Positions 10,038 to 19,460 of a stretch of 64,000 nucleotides of DNA are shown piece by piece (within the stretch, counting starts at the first letter, position 1; every line of letters begins with the position of its first letter). The DNA lies in NCBI RefSeq assembly GCF_022484265.1, contig NZ_JAKVLR010000001.1, forward strand, positions 1,126,783-1,190,782. Direction: 5' to 3'. A program made the position numbers and the translations under genes. Source of the stretch: Companilactobacillus sp. Lineage in GTDB: Bacteria; Bacillota; Bacilli; Lactobacillales; Lactobacillaceae. Below the pieces are notes generated by a model. The model had not been told where the DNA came from. It did not search any database and was given only the letters and a program-made list of their open reading frames with translations.

Positions 10038-10107
10038 CGTAATTGTGAAAAAATTTTGTGCCCGTATAATTGGTTTTTGTCGAATAGATAATTAATCAAT
10101 TAGGGGA

Positions 10108-11301
10108 GTGAATAACTTGCAAAATACAAAAATTTCATCAACATGGACTTTAGCTGCATTGGCCATCAGCGCCTTTGCAATCGGTAGTGCCGAATTTATC
10201 AGTGTCGGGATCATGCCACTGATCATCAAATCATTTAATATCACCATCGCTCAAGCAGGATTGACTGTTTCATTATATGCGATGGGCGTAATGTTAGGAG
10301 CTCCGATCCTAACGACCTTGACCACCAGAATCGACCGTAAAAAATTATTGATTGGTATCATGGTCAGTTTCATTATTGGAAATACAGTTTCAGCTTTTGC
10401 ACCAACATTTGTCATCCTATTATTAGGAAGAATCATCACTGCTTTATCACACGGATTGTTTATGACGATTGCTTCTGTTGTTGCAGCAGATGTCGTTGCT
10501 CCTAACAAGCGTGCTTCGGCAATCGCCATCATGTTCACTGGATTAACAGTCGCTACAGTGACTGGCGTTCCACTTGGAACTTATATTGGGCAAGCCTTGA
10601 ACTGGCGAAGCTCATTTATCTTCTTGATCTTACTAGGAATCGTCGGAATGATCGGCAGCTTTATCTTAGTACCAAACAACCTTTCAAAGGCAACTCCTAG
10701 CAACCTCAAAGGTTTTGTTCGGATCATGAAACAACCTAAGTTGATCTTGATCATTTTGATCACAGCTTTGGGATATGGCGCAACTTATCCAGTCTACACT
10801 TATATCTCAACGATCCTTAACCAACAAATGGGCTGGTCAGATGGCGCAATCGTCATCATCTTGATTGTCTACGGTTTGGCGGTCGCAATTGGAAATACCA
10901 TGGGCGGACGCCTTGCCAATGTTAAGCCTTTGAACGCCCTGTTAAAAATGTTTATTGGCTTAGCTGCAACTTTGTTCCTAGTCTGGGTAACATTGAATAC
11001 GCATTACTTTGGATTAGTTGCCGTAATGCTAATGGGATTGTTCGCATTTATGAACGTTCCCGGCTTGCAGCTTTATATGTTGCAATTGGCAGAAGAATTA
11101 ACTCCAAGTGAAGTTAATTTAGCATCATCACTAAACATTTCGGCTTTTAACATTGGTATCATCATCGGTTCAACTATGGGTGGATTTGCAGCCTCAAATA
11201 ACATGATTGCCATCACACCATGGTTAGGAATCGCAATGTTGCTACTCGGCGTTATCTTAATTTTTTACTTGATGAGAAGCGTTTCTGCTCAAAAACGATA
11301 A
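10108..11301 (+). CDS. MFS transporter (DHA1/YdhP-like efflux permease)
   Basis: About 12 TM segments, 397 aa. The start is ambiguous: GTG 10108 abuts the AGGGGAG RBS, and TTG 10117 is better spaced. Confidence 0.7.
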   Translation: MNNLQNTKISSTWTLAALAISAFAIGSAEFISVGIMPLIIKSFNITIAQAGLTVSLYAMGVMLGAPILTTLTTRIDRKKLLIGIMVSFIIGNTVSAFAPTFVILLLGRIITALSHGLFMTIASVVAADVVAPNKRASAIAIMFTGLTVATVTGVPLGTYIGQALNWRSSFIFLILLGIVGMIGSFILVPNNLSKATPSNLKGFVRIMKQPKLILIILITALGYGATYPVYTYISTILNQQMGWSDGAIVIILIVYGLAVAIGNTMGGRLANVKPLNALLKMFIGLAATLFLVWVTLNTHYFGLVAVMLMGLFAFMNVPGLQLYMLQLAEELTPSEVNLASSLNISAFNIGIIIGSTMGGFAASNNMIAITPWLGIAMLLLGVILIFYLMRSVSAQKR

Positions 11302-11382
11302 TTCTGTTATTTTCCTTATTAACATGTTAATATTGATTGCGATTATTAAATCAATTTAGCCGTTAATAAGGGGGAATCAGCG

Positions 11383-11766
11383 TTGGAACAATGCATTTAT
11401 AACATTGGAGTCGAAGCTACGATCGATGTCATTGGTGGCAAATGGAAACCTTTGATCCTGTGCCACTTGAAAAAAGGTACGATGCGTACCGGTCAATTAC
11501 GACGTGTAATTCCTAATATTACGCAAAAAGTTTTAACGCAGCAATTACGCGAATTAGAAGCTAGTGGTATCGTCAATCGAAAAATCTATGAACAAGTACC
11601 GCCAAAAGTAGAATACTCATTGACTGATTACGGCAAGACTCTCAACAACCTGCTCTATGAGTTGTGCAAATGGGGAGAAGAAGATATTTGCCGTCGTCGT
11701 GAAAAAGGCGAATCGATCTTATTATTAGATGAAAAGCCTGAAATACCAGAAGTACAAGCAAATTAG
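11383..11766 (+). CDS. HxlR family winged-helix transcriptional regulator
   Basis: IDVIGGKWKPLILCHL...VEYSLTDYG is the canonical HxlR signature. TTG start with an AAGGGGGAA RBS. Confidence 0.8.
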   Translation: MEQCIYNIGVEATIDVIGGKWKPLILCHLKKGTMRTGQLRRVIPNITQKVLTQQLRELEASGIVNRKIYEQVPPKVEYSLTDYGKTLNNLLYELCKWGEEDICRRREKGESILLLDEKPEIPEVQAN

Positions 11767-11803
11767 CGAATGAAGTGCAGTGCACATCATTCGCTATTTT
11801 TTT
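11765..11803 (+). terminator. rho-independent terminator after hxlR-family gene
   Basis: AGCGAATGA...TCATTCGCT followed by a T-run. Confidence 0.7.
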
Positions 11804-11806
11804 GTC

Positions 11807-12208
11807 TTAATTTTTTTCCAATTCCTTGTCAGCAAAATATACTGCCAAATAATTGCCGAATAGTGCTAACAAAAATCCACCTACCATTGTAATAATTAAA
11901 TACAGTCCAAAAGCTAAATAGTCGCTGTTCAAAAATAGTTTCACTGCATCAGCCGACATCGTCGAAAATGTCGTATATGAGCCTAACAATCCAGTCGTCA
12001 AAGACAAGACTGTCCCAGCAGATAAGTGGAAACGATCATGCAAGTAATGGATCAATAACGGTAAAACAAACGCGCCAGTCAAATTGACAAAGATCGTGCC
12101 CCAAGGAAAGCTTGAGTAATTTATAAAAAGCAGACTGATCAAATATCTCAAGATTCCGCCAATTGATGCGCCGATAAAAATAATGCCGAATGTTCTCAAT
12201 TTTTTCAT
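11807..12208 (-). CDS. crcB: fluoride channel subunit CrcB/Fluc (second copy)
   Basis: 133 aa with four TM segments and a GSYTTFSTM motif. Confidence 0.8.
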   Translation of the reverse strand: MKKLRTFGIIFIGASIGGILRYLISLLFINYSSFPWGTIFVNLTGAFVLPLLIHYLHDRFHLSAGTVLSLTTGLLGSYTTFSTMSADAVKLFLNSDYLAFGLYLIITMVGGFLLALFGNYLAVYFADKELEKN

Positions 12209-12261
12209 AAGTCATCCCCGTGATTCGTATCCTAATAGGATAACATTTTTTCCAGGTATTC

Positions 12262-12287
12262 AAAAAGGACCGACATTTGCCGGTCCT
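12262..12287 (-). terminator. rho-independent terminator after gntP
   Basis: The minus strand reads AGGACCGGCAAATGTCGGTCCTTTTT. Confidence 0.7.
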
Positions 12288-12302
12288 TATTTATGAACTA
12301 TT

Positions 12303-13655
12303 TTACAAAACTAAACTTAGTAGCAAGACACCGATCAGACCAACTACGGCGATCAATGTTTCAAGTACTGTCCAAGTGAGCAGCGTTTCTTTAATAGTTA
12401 GATCAAAGTACTCTCTAAACATCCAGAAACCAGCATCGTTGACGTGAGATGCGGCAAGTGAACCGGCACCAACTGCCAATACCATCAAGGCTGGATTTAC
12501 ACCAGCTGATTGCATTAGTGGAAGTACTAGACCAGCAGCTGTTAACGAAGCAACTGTGGCGGAACCTAGAGCAATTCTCTAGACTACTGCGATTACCCAA
12601 CCTAGGATAAGTGGTGAAAGATTTGTACCTGAGAAGAGTTTCATAACTGCATCACCAACGCCACCATCAATTAAAACTTGTTTGAAGGCACCGCCACCAC
12701 CGATAACTAGTAGCAACATAGCGATTGATTTAACAGCTTCTTCAACTGTGTGCATGATTTGTGGAGTTTTGAATCTTCTAGCCCAACCCATCGTGTACAT
12801 TGCAACTAGCAATGAAATTGTCATTGAAATTGCTGGTGTTCCGATGAAGGCAATAATTGAATCTAAAGTCGATGGATTCTTTGGTAAATGTCCACCATTA
12901 AATAGCAATTGATAAATTGTGGTAATTGCCATCAAAATAACTGGGAACAATGAAGTAATAACGGAAATTCCAAAGCCAGGTGTATCTTCAAGCTTAAATT
13001 CCTTTTGAGGACCTAAAGCTGACAAGTTACCTTTTCTATCAAAGGCATCTGGAACGATTTTTCTAGCCACACGTGTGTAAAGTGGTCCGGCGATAATAAC
13101 CGCAGGAATAGCCACGATAATACCGTAAAGCAAAACGTGTCCAGCATTGGCGCCTAATACGGCACTAATGGCAGTTGGAGCTGGATGTGGTGGCAAGAAT
13201 CCATGAGTAACGGACAGTGCTGCTGCCATTGGAATTCCTAAATACAGAATTGAAACTCCAGCTTCCATAGCAATGGCGAAGACGATTGGTACTAACAGAA
13301 CCATACCTACTTCAAAGAATAGTGCAATACCGATAATAAATGATGCTAAAACGATTGCTAACTGTAGTCTCTTTTTTCCAAATTTCTGGATCAAGGTGTG
13401 GGCAATTCGATATGCACCACCGGCATCAGCAACCAAACGACCAAGCATGGCACCAAAACCGAAGACAATTGACAACTCGCCTAACTGACTTCCGATACCA
13501 TCTTGGATACTGGTGGCGATTTTGGTCAGTGGCAATCCCAAACCAACACCAACAGCAATTGAAGTAACGACTAATGAAACAAAAGTATTTAATTTTACTT
13601 TGATGATCAAGAACAACAATAGAGCTATTCCTAAGATCAGCACAACAAATGGCAT
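12303..13655 (-). pseudogene. gntP: gluconate:H+ symporter GntP interrupted by one in-frame TAG
   Basis: ORFs 12579..13655 and 12303..12515 share one frame. Reading through the TAG at 12579-12581 gives ...GWVIAVV*RIALGSATVASLTAAGLVLPLMQSAG..., a continuous GntP-like 450-codon frame. Confidence 0.8.
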
Positions 13656-13724
13656 AAGTATTTCCTCCCTAAATTACGTAATCGCTTTCACGTATCCTCT
13701 TATTAAAACTCGTCGTGAGACGAG

Positions 13725-15275
13725 TTATTTTTCTTGGTGCTCTTTCATATGTTTCTTCTGAAATTCAGCGATACTCTTATATTCTGGTGCTAGAATCTTA
13801 GAAACTCTGATCCAGATTGGTAGTAATTCACGGTAAACTTCAAAATTCTTTTCTTCTGGATGGTGGACGTTAGTAACCCCGACCATGTTCTTAACTTCTG
13901 ATAGATCATCGATGTAGCCTAATGAGTACATTCCTAGAACTGCGGCACCTAAACATGAGCTTTCAAAACTTTCGGGAATCGTAACATCTTGTTCAAAAAT
14001 ATCAGCTAACATTTGTCTCCAAAGAGCTGAACGAGCAAAACCACCAGTAGCTTGAATACTCTTAGGCTTTCCAGCAACTCCTTCGATCATCAACATAACC
14101 ATGTACAAGTTATAAACGATACCTTCTAGAGCGGCACGAACCATGTGGGCACGTGTATGTTGACGTGTTAGTCCAAAGAATGAACCTCTAGCATAAGCGT
14201 TCCAAATTGGTGCACGTTCTCCACCTAGATATGGATGGAATAGTAAGCCATCAGAACCAGCTGGGATTTTTTCAGCAATCTGCGTCAAAATGTCGTAAGA
14301 AGAAACTTGCATTTGTTCGGCAGTGATCTTTTCAGGTGCGAACAATTGATCGCGGACCCAACGGAAGACGATACCACCGTTATTGACTGGGCCACCAACG
14401 ACCCATTTGTCCTTGGTCAAGGCATAACAGAATAATCTACCATTTGGGTCAACGACTGGCTTGTCAACAACTACACGAACGGCACCAGATGTACCGATCG
14501 TAACGGCAACAACACCAGGGTCGATAGCGTTAACGCCTAAGTTTGATAGGACACCGTCAGATGCACCAAAGATAAATGGTACATCTTCGCCAATGCCGAG
14601 CAATTCACCATAGTTTTTGTTGATACCTTTGATTTGGTCAGTTGGTTCAACTAATTCTGGCAAACGGTCTTCAGTCACATCTAATAAATCAAGTGCTTGT
14701 GGTTCCCACTTTAATTTAAAAATGTTGAACATCCCGGTAGCTGATGCAATTGAATATTCCATCTGATAAACGCCAAAGAATCTGTAGAAAACATAAGTCT
14801 TTAAGTCGATAAACTTTTTCGCCTTATTATAAAGGTCTGGCTTTTCATTCTTTAACCAAAGCATCTTTGATAGAGGTGCCATTGGATGGATTGGCGTACC
14901 AGTCTTGGCATAGATCTCTGCACCTAAGCCATTGTTCTTCAAGTCTTCACTGTATTGAGCAGCACGGTTATCAGCCCATGTGATCGCACGTGTGAGTGGT
15001 TGGTCGTTTTCATCCATCAAAATCAAACTGTGCATTGCTGATGAGAATGAAACACCCTTGAGTTCGCCAGGTTTAACCTTACCCTTGCGCATAACTTGTC
15101 CTAATACTTCAACCACAGCGTCAAAGATATCTTCTGGATCTTCTTCAGCCATATCAGGAGTATCTTGATACAATTGGTATCCACTATTGGCATATGCAAT
15201 AACTTTACCCTTCATATCGTATAAAACTGCTTTTGTACTTGTTGTACCAATGTCGGCACCAATCATATAATCCAT
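13725..15275 (-). CDS. gntK: gluconokinase (FGGY carbohydrate kinase family)
   Basis: 516 aa with FGGY N- and C-domains (GADIGTTSTKAVL...). It lies between gnd and gntP. Confidence 0.8.
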   Translation of the reverse strand: MDYMIGADIGTTSTKAVLYDMKGKVIAYANSGYQLYQDTPDMAEEDPEDIFDAVVEVLGQVMRKGKVKPGELKGVSFSSAMHSLILMDENDQPLTRAITWADNRAAQYSEDLKNNGLGAEIYAKTGTPIHPMAPLSKMLWLKNEKPDLYNKAKKFIDLKTYVFYRFFGVYQMEYSIASATGMFNIFKLKWEPQALDLLDVTEDRLPELVEPTDQIKGINKNYGELLGIGEDVPFIFGASDGVLSNLGVNAIDPGVVAVTIGTSGAVRVVVDKPVVDPNGRLFCYALTKDKWVVGGPVNNGGIVFRWVRDQLFAPEKITAEQMQVSSYDILTQIAEKIPAGSDGLLFHPYLGGERAPIWNAYARGSFFGLTRQHTRAHMVRAALEGIVYNLYMVMLMIEGVAGKPKSIQATGGFARSALWRQMLADIFEQDVTIPESFESSCLGAAVLGMYSLGYIDDLSEVKNMVGVTNVHHPEEKNFEVYRELLPIWIRVSKILAPEYKSIAEFQKKHMKEHQEK

Positions 15276-15300
15276 TAGAAATTCCTCCTACTACTAATTG

Positions 15301-16200
15301 CTACTTCTTGTCGACGTCGTGGCCGCCGAATTCATTTCTAAGTGCTGCAACAACTTTACCAGTGAAAGTGTCGTCCTCCATTGAACGGTAACGCATCATC
15401 AATGACAATGCGATCACAGGTGTTGGCACTTGTTGTTTCAAGGCTTCTTCCAGCGTCCATTTACCTTCGCCAGAAGAATGCATAACGCCCTTAATTGCAT
15501 CAAGGTCAGGGTCTTTTGAAAAAGCCGATTGGGCTAATTCCATCAACCAGCCGCGGATAACTGAACCGTTTGACCAAACTTTAGCAACTGCTTCATTATC
15601 ATAATCAAAATCGCTGTGTTCCAAAACATCGAATCCTTCAGCAATTGATTGCATCATTCCGTATTCGATACCGTTATGGACCATCTTCAAGTAATGGCCG
15701 CTACCAGCTTTGCCGGTATACAAGTAACCATCTTTTTGAGCAATACCTTCAAAAATTGGTTCGATCTGCTTGAATGTTTCAGCATCGTCGCCACCAATCA
15801 TGAAGTTTCCGTCATGATTAGCACCGCTCATACCACCTGAAGTACCAGCATCGAAGAACTTGATACCTTTGGCAGTCAAAATTTCGTTGTGTCTCAATGA
15901 GTCTTCATAAAAAGTATTTCCACCGTCAATCACGATGTCGTCTTTATTCAATAATTCACTCAACGTATCGATTGTCATATTTGTAGGCTTGCCAGCTGGC
16001 AACATTACCCAAACGATCTTAGGTTTATTTAACTTTGCAACTGCATCTTCCAAACTATCAGCCACTTCGGCTCCAAGTTTACCTGCGTTGGCTTTTGATT
16101 CCTCATTCAAATCAAAGGCTACGACTTCATTGTCATTTCTAATAAGGTTTTCCGTGAGGTTGATCCCCATTTTACCTAAACCTATCATGGCTAACTTCAT
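15301..16200 (-). CDS. gnd: decarboxylating 6-phosphogluconate dehydrogenase, short (~300 aa) type
   Basis: MKLAMIGLGKMG...HNGIEYGMMQ. Start set at ATG 16200 behind CAGGAGA; the 10-codon upstream extension in the ORF track lacks an RBS. Confidence 0.8.
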   Translation of the reverse strand: MKLAMIGLGKMGINLTENLIRNDNEVVAFDLNEESKANAGKLGAEVADSLEDAVAKLNKPKIVWVMLPAGKPTNMTIDTLSELLNKDDIVIDGGNTFYEDSLRHNEILTAKGIKFFDAGTSGGMSGANHDGNFMIGGDDAETFKQIEPIFEGIAQKDGYLYTGKAGSGHYLKMVHNGIEYGMMQSIAEGFDVLEHSDFDYDNEAVAKVWSNGSVIRGWLMELAQSAFSKDPDLDAIKGVMHSSGEGKWTLEEALKQQVPTPVIALSLMMRYRSMEDDTFTGKVVAALRNEFGGHDVDKK

Positions 16201-16215
16201 TAATAACATCTCCTG

Positions 16216-16229
16216 TGTAATTGCTTTCA
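16216..16229. promoter_or_regulatory. cre-like site upstream of gnd (one mismatch in the central CG)
   Basis: TGTAATTGCTTTCA compared with the CcpA consensus TGWAANCGNTNWCA. Confidence 0.25.
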
Positions 16230-16333
16230 ACAGAATTCATTATACGAAAATATTTTTCAACAATCAACTAATATGATGAAAAAAGTTTTCTTATATGCAA
16301 ATATGTGTTATTTTATAATCACGAGGTAAAACT

Positions 16334-17194
16334 ATGGCAAAAAACATTAATTACGTAATTCAGAGTTACTACCATAATTTAAAAGGTACTTATAAAGAAA
16401 TAGCTGATTATATTTTGCACACCGAATCGTTTGATTCCGCTTTGACAATCAGCTCGTTGGCTGAAGAAGTGAATGTATCGATCTCTTCGATCTCACGATT
16501 TGCTAAAATTTTAGGTTTTTCCAGCTTCCAAGATTTTAAACTCAGTTTGATCACGTCTAGTTCAGACTCATCAGATTCGTTGTTCCAAGATATCACTGCC
16601 AACGATTCTTACATGACGATGACTCAAAAGATTTTTAATGGAAACATCTCGACCCTCAAAGCTACTGAAAAAGTGTTGACTGAGCGACAGTTAGAACAAG
16701 CTTCTACCATCATTGAAGAATCTGACTGCGTCGCCTTTTTTGGACTAGGAGCTTCGGGAATCGTTGCCCAAGACGGATTCCACAAATTCCTCCGTTCTGA
16801 TAAAAAGCCTTATTTCACCACTGACTTCCACATGCAATTGATGATGGCCACCAAACTGACTGAAAAAGATTGTGCCATTGTAATCTCCCATAGTGGCGAG
16901 AACCAGGACACCTTGCAGATCGTGTCAGAACTAAGAAAAAACCACGTTAAGATCATCGGAATCACCAGTTACGGCAATTCCAGTCTGACCCACTTAGTCG
17001 ACGTCTGCCTGCTGTCGATCTCAGATGAAACGCAGTACCAAAACGAAGCGTTGCACGCCATCATTGCTCAGATCAGTTTAGTCGATACACTATTCATGAT
17101 CACAGCCGTCCATGACGAACAACAAACTAGTACCGTCTTTAAAGAAATCAGAAGCACCATCAATCTCACTAGAAAAACCGCTGAAAAAAAATAG
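16334..17194 (+). CDS. MurR/RpiR family transcriptional regulator (HTH + SIS), divergent from the gluconate operon
   Basis: 286 aa with an N-terminal HTH_6 (ISSLAEEVNVSISSISRFAK) and a SIS domain (FFGLGASG). Confidence 0.75.
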   Translation: MAKNINYVIQSYYHNLKGTYKEIADYILHTESFDSALTISSLAEEVNVSISSISRFAKILGFSSFQDFKLSLITSSSDSSDSLFQDITANDSYMTMTQKIFNGNISTLKATEKVLTERQLEQASTIIEESDCVAFFGLGASGIVAQDGFHKFLRSDKKPYFTTDFHMQLMMATKLTEKDCAIVISHSGENQDTLQIVSELRKNHVKIIGITSYGNSSLTHLVDVCLLSISDETQYQNEALHAIIAQISLVDTLFMITAVHDEQQTSTVFKEIRSTINLTRKTAEKK

Positions 17195-17228
17195 AGGATG
17201 TCTGCATATGCAGATATCCTCTTATTTT
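17193..17228 (+). terminator. rho-independent terminator after RpiR-family gene
   Basis: AGAGGATGTCTGCA-TAT-GCAGATATCCTCT followed by a T-rich tail. Confidence 0.75.
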
Positions 17229-17238
17229 GATTTGACGG

Positions 17239-17460
17239 ACAAACTCTTCCGCTTAACTACTGAATGAAATGATTGCACAGTACGCAATCCTTCCATTCTT
17301 ACGTTAATGCTCGGAAATTACCCGCTTTTGACACTCTCTAATCTGAAACGAGCTTATAAAAACAGACTTTTCCGCTTGCCACGGATATGGCTGATTGCAT
17401 AAACCGCAATAAGTCATATCCTGAGCAATGCTCGAAGTCTAACCGTTTTTAACGCTCTCT
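17239..17460. repeat. two tandem ~100-nt hairpin repeat units (U1 17239-17339, U2 17362-17460)
   Basis: The units share flanks (TTCCGCTT... and ...AATGCTCGRA...CTCTCT). The central stems differ but stay complementary: GAATGAAATGATTGC/GCAATCCTTCCATTC in U1 and GGATATGGCTGATTGC/GCAATAAGTCATATCC in U2. Confidence 0.75.
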
Positions 17461-18105
17461 TTATTTTATAAATCTGTTCCACCAATGTTCTTTTTTCTCG
17501 TCTGTTACTTGCATGTTGACGAGCGTATTTAGGTTGGCATCCTTGCCGGCTTCTTTTTTACTCTTATCATCGTCTTTGTTAGCTTCATCAGCCTTGGCTT
17601 TTTTCTCTTTAGCCTGACGAACTGTCTTTAGATATTCTTGATACTTCTTATCTTTTTCAAGTTTCTCATCAGTTTCTTCAGCCCCTGTTTCTTCCTGAAG
17701 TTTGATGATCTTCTTGCTCAAGTTTTGAATAACGCGGTCTTGTTGCTCAATGTTAGCACGCAACTCTTTGATAGTATTTTCCAAATTAGCTACCTGCGCG
17801 TTATGAGTACCATTGCTAGCATCCGTTGTGCCGTCATTGTTAGCTTCAGACACTGGATAAATTTGCTTAGCTGCTGATTCCAAAGTCATTTTGGGACCAT
17901 GTCCAAGTTCAACCATTTTATTGAAATCATCAATGTTCTTTTGAGTATACAAACGGTTATTCTGCTTGTTACGTTCGAAGTATCCACCGTTATTAGTTGA
18001 ATGTTCGACAATTAAAGAGTATTTCCGTAGCGTGGCAACGCTGATCCCCAAAATTTCGGCTGCCTGAGCCGGTGTTAAAAATTTAGTATTCTTCGTATTT
18101 GTCAA
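17461..18105 (-). CDS. MerR/excisionase-like HTH protein with coiled-coil and Lys/Glu-rich tail
   Basis: LTPAQAAEILGISVATLRKY is an HTH. The central region is heptad-like and the C-terminus is charged. TTG start behind GGGGGA. Confidence 0.45.
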   Translation of the reverse strand: MTNTKNTKFLTPAQAAEILGISVATLRKYSLIVEHSTNNGGYFERNKQNNRLYTQKNIDDFNKMVELGHGPKMTLESAAKQIYPVSEANNDGTTDASNGTHNAQVANLENTIKELRANIEQQDRVIQNLSKKIIKLQEETGAEETDEKLEKDKKYQEYLKTVRQAKEKKAKADEANKDDDKSKKEAGKDANLNTLVNMQVTDEKKEHWWNRFIK

Positions 18106-18285
18106 AACGATTCCCCCAACCTATATGTCATTTTAATTATAAAAATTATGTAACGTTTTATCAACTAAATAAAAACAAATATTCTGATAAAATGAAAATA
18201 TTTATATGTTGACCGTGCTAATATATAATTCTACACATTTATTGGTTATAATATAAGAGGAAACGTCAATTATAGGAGATAAACT

Positions 18286-19389
18286 ATGAAACATAATCGA
18301 TTGATCACCGGGATAGTAGTTGCATTGGCTTTAGCAACTGCCAGTTCTCCTTTACAAGTTAGTTATGCTGCAACAGAACAAGCTGGTTCTTCCGCCACTG
18401 CTGTTCCTACTACTGAGGACAAAACTGTTTACACAGCAGATGAACAGGCGCAGATTCAAGCATTTCAACAAAAGTACGCTCAGTTAACTGACTCAGATAA
18501 TTCGATCTACAATTTATTTCAAACTGAACCTAATTTAACTGACCCATTCGATATCGGCGTTTTGAATCCTCGTGTCATTACTAGAACGGTCGACTGGATC
18601 AATTATTATCGTTCATTGTCTGGATTACCAGCAATTGACAATAACGCAAATTCAAATAATTTAGCACAAATTGCTTCAGCCGTTATGGCTGCTGCCCAAT
18701 CCGATCCTCAAAAAGACCAACACGGTTTAAAAAATACGACTCAACCGGATAGCGTTTCAGCGCTAAATTGGAATAAAGCTGTCTTGGGTACTAATGAAAG
18801 CAACTTGTACTTTGGCTATCCTACTTCACTTGGGTCAATGATCAAGGCGTTAATGCTTGATAACACAAATATCTCAGGATTAGATGCTGGCCATAGAGCT
18901 TGGTTCTTATCTCCATACTTGTCAAAAGTTGGCGTTGGACTCGCGATAGCTCAAAACGGACGCCATTACGAGAGCGTTTTAGTCAACAATCCACCAGATG
19001 CTAATCGGACTCCTAGTACTCAAATCATTAATTATCCGGCCAATGGACTTTTTCCAGTAGAAGAACTAGTCGGCAGTCAATCTCATCCAATCGTCCCTTG
19101 GTCAATTTCATTTGCAAAGGGATCTAATTTAGTTGATGACAATACTACGATCACCGTCACTAATTTGACTAACGGAACAACTGGTACGGTCAGCCCTAGT
19201 TATTATGGTAGCCAAGCCTACAGTGAAACATTCTTAAGCTTTGCTCCACCAACTAATGTAACTATTAATGATCATTCAGAATATAAAGTAACTGTCAGTG
19301 GACTAAAATCCGATAGTATGACAAGCTATAGTTATACATTCAAAACATTCTCAGAAAATGCTACTGAAAACGTAACAAATAGCAAATAA
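18286..19389 (+). CDS. secreted CAP (SCP/PR-1-like) domain protein
   Basis: Signal peptide (ALALATASSPLQVSYA). CAP-like motifs are INYYRSLSGLPAI and GHRAWFLSPYLSKVGVG. Confidence 0.6.
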   Translation: MKHNRLITGIVVALALATASSPLQVSYAATEQAGSSATAVPTTEDKTVYTADEQAQIQAFQQKYAQLTDSDNSIYNLFQTEPNLTDPFDIGVLNPRVITRTVDWINYYRSLSGLPAIDNNANSNNLAQIASAVMAAAQSDPQKDQHGLKNTTQPDSVSALNWNKAVLGTNESNLYFGYPTSLGSMIKALMLDNTNISGLDAGHRAWFLSPYLSKVGVGLAIAQNGRHYESVLVNNPPDANRTPSTQIINYPANGLFPVEELVGSQSHPIVPWSISFAKGSNLVDDNTTITVTNLTNGTTGTVSPSYYGSQAYSETFLSFAPPTNVTINDHSEYKVTVSGLKSDSMTSYSYTFKTFSENATENVTNSK

Positions 19390-19460
19390 TTCCTTAAGCC
19401 GACTGAAGTCGGCTTTTCTTTGGTGTATAATCCTTCTTAACTAGAAAAGAGGTTCATTAA

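Noticed and set aside
9986-10107. Fluoride riboswitch upstream of crcB (12209-12302 was also examined).
   Set aside because: I read both regions on the minus strand. No crcB-motif core (GGCGATG ... CCGCC ... CTGATGA-like) and no terminator/antiterminator leader is present. Only promoter-like sequence and the gntP terminator are there.
12036-12263. 75-aa ORF overlapping the 5' end of the second crcB gene, and ORF 12415..12600 across the gntP stop.
   Set aside because: They are out of frame with clearly recognisable CrcB and GntP sequence. The 12415..12600 ORF merely bridges the amber site in another frame.
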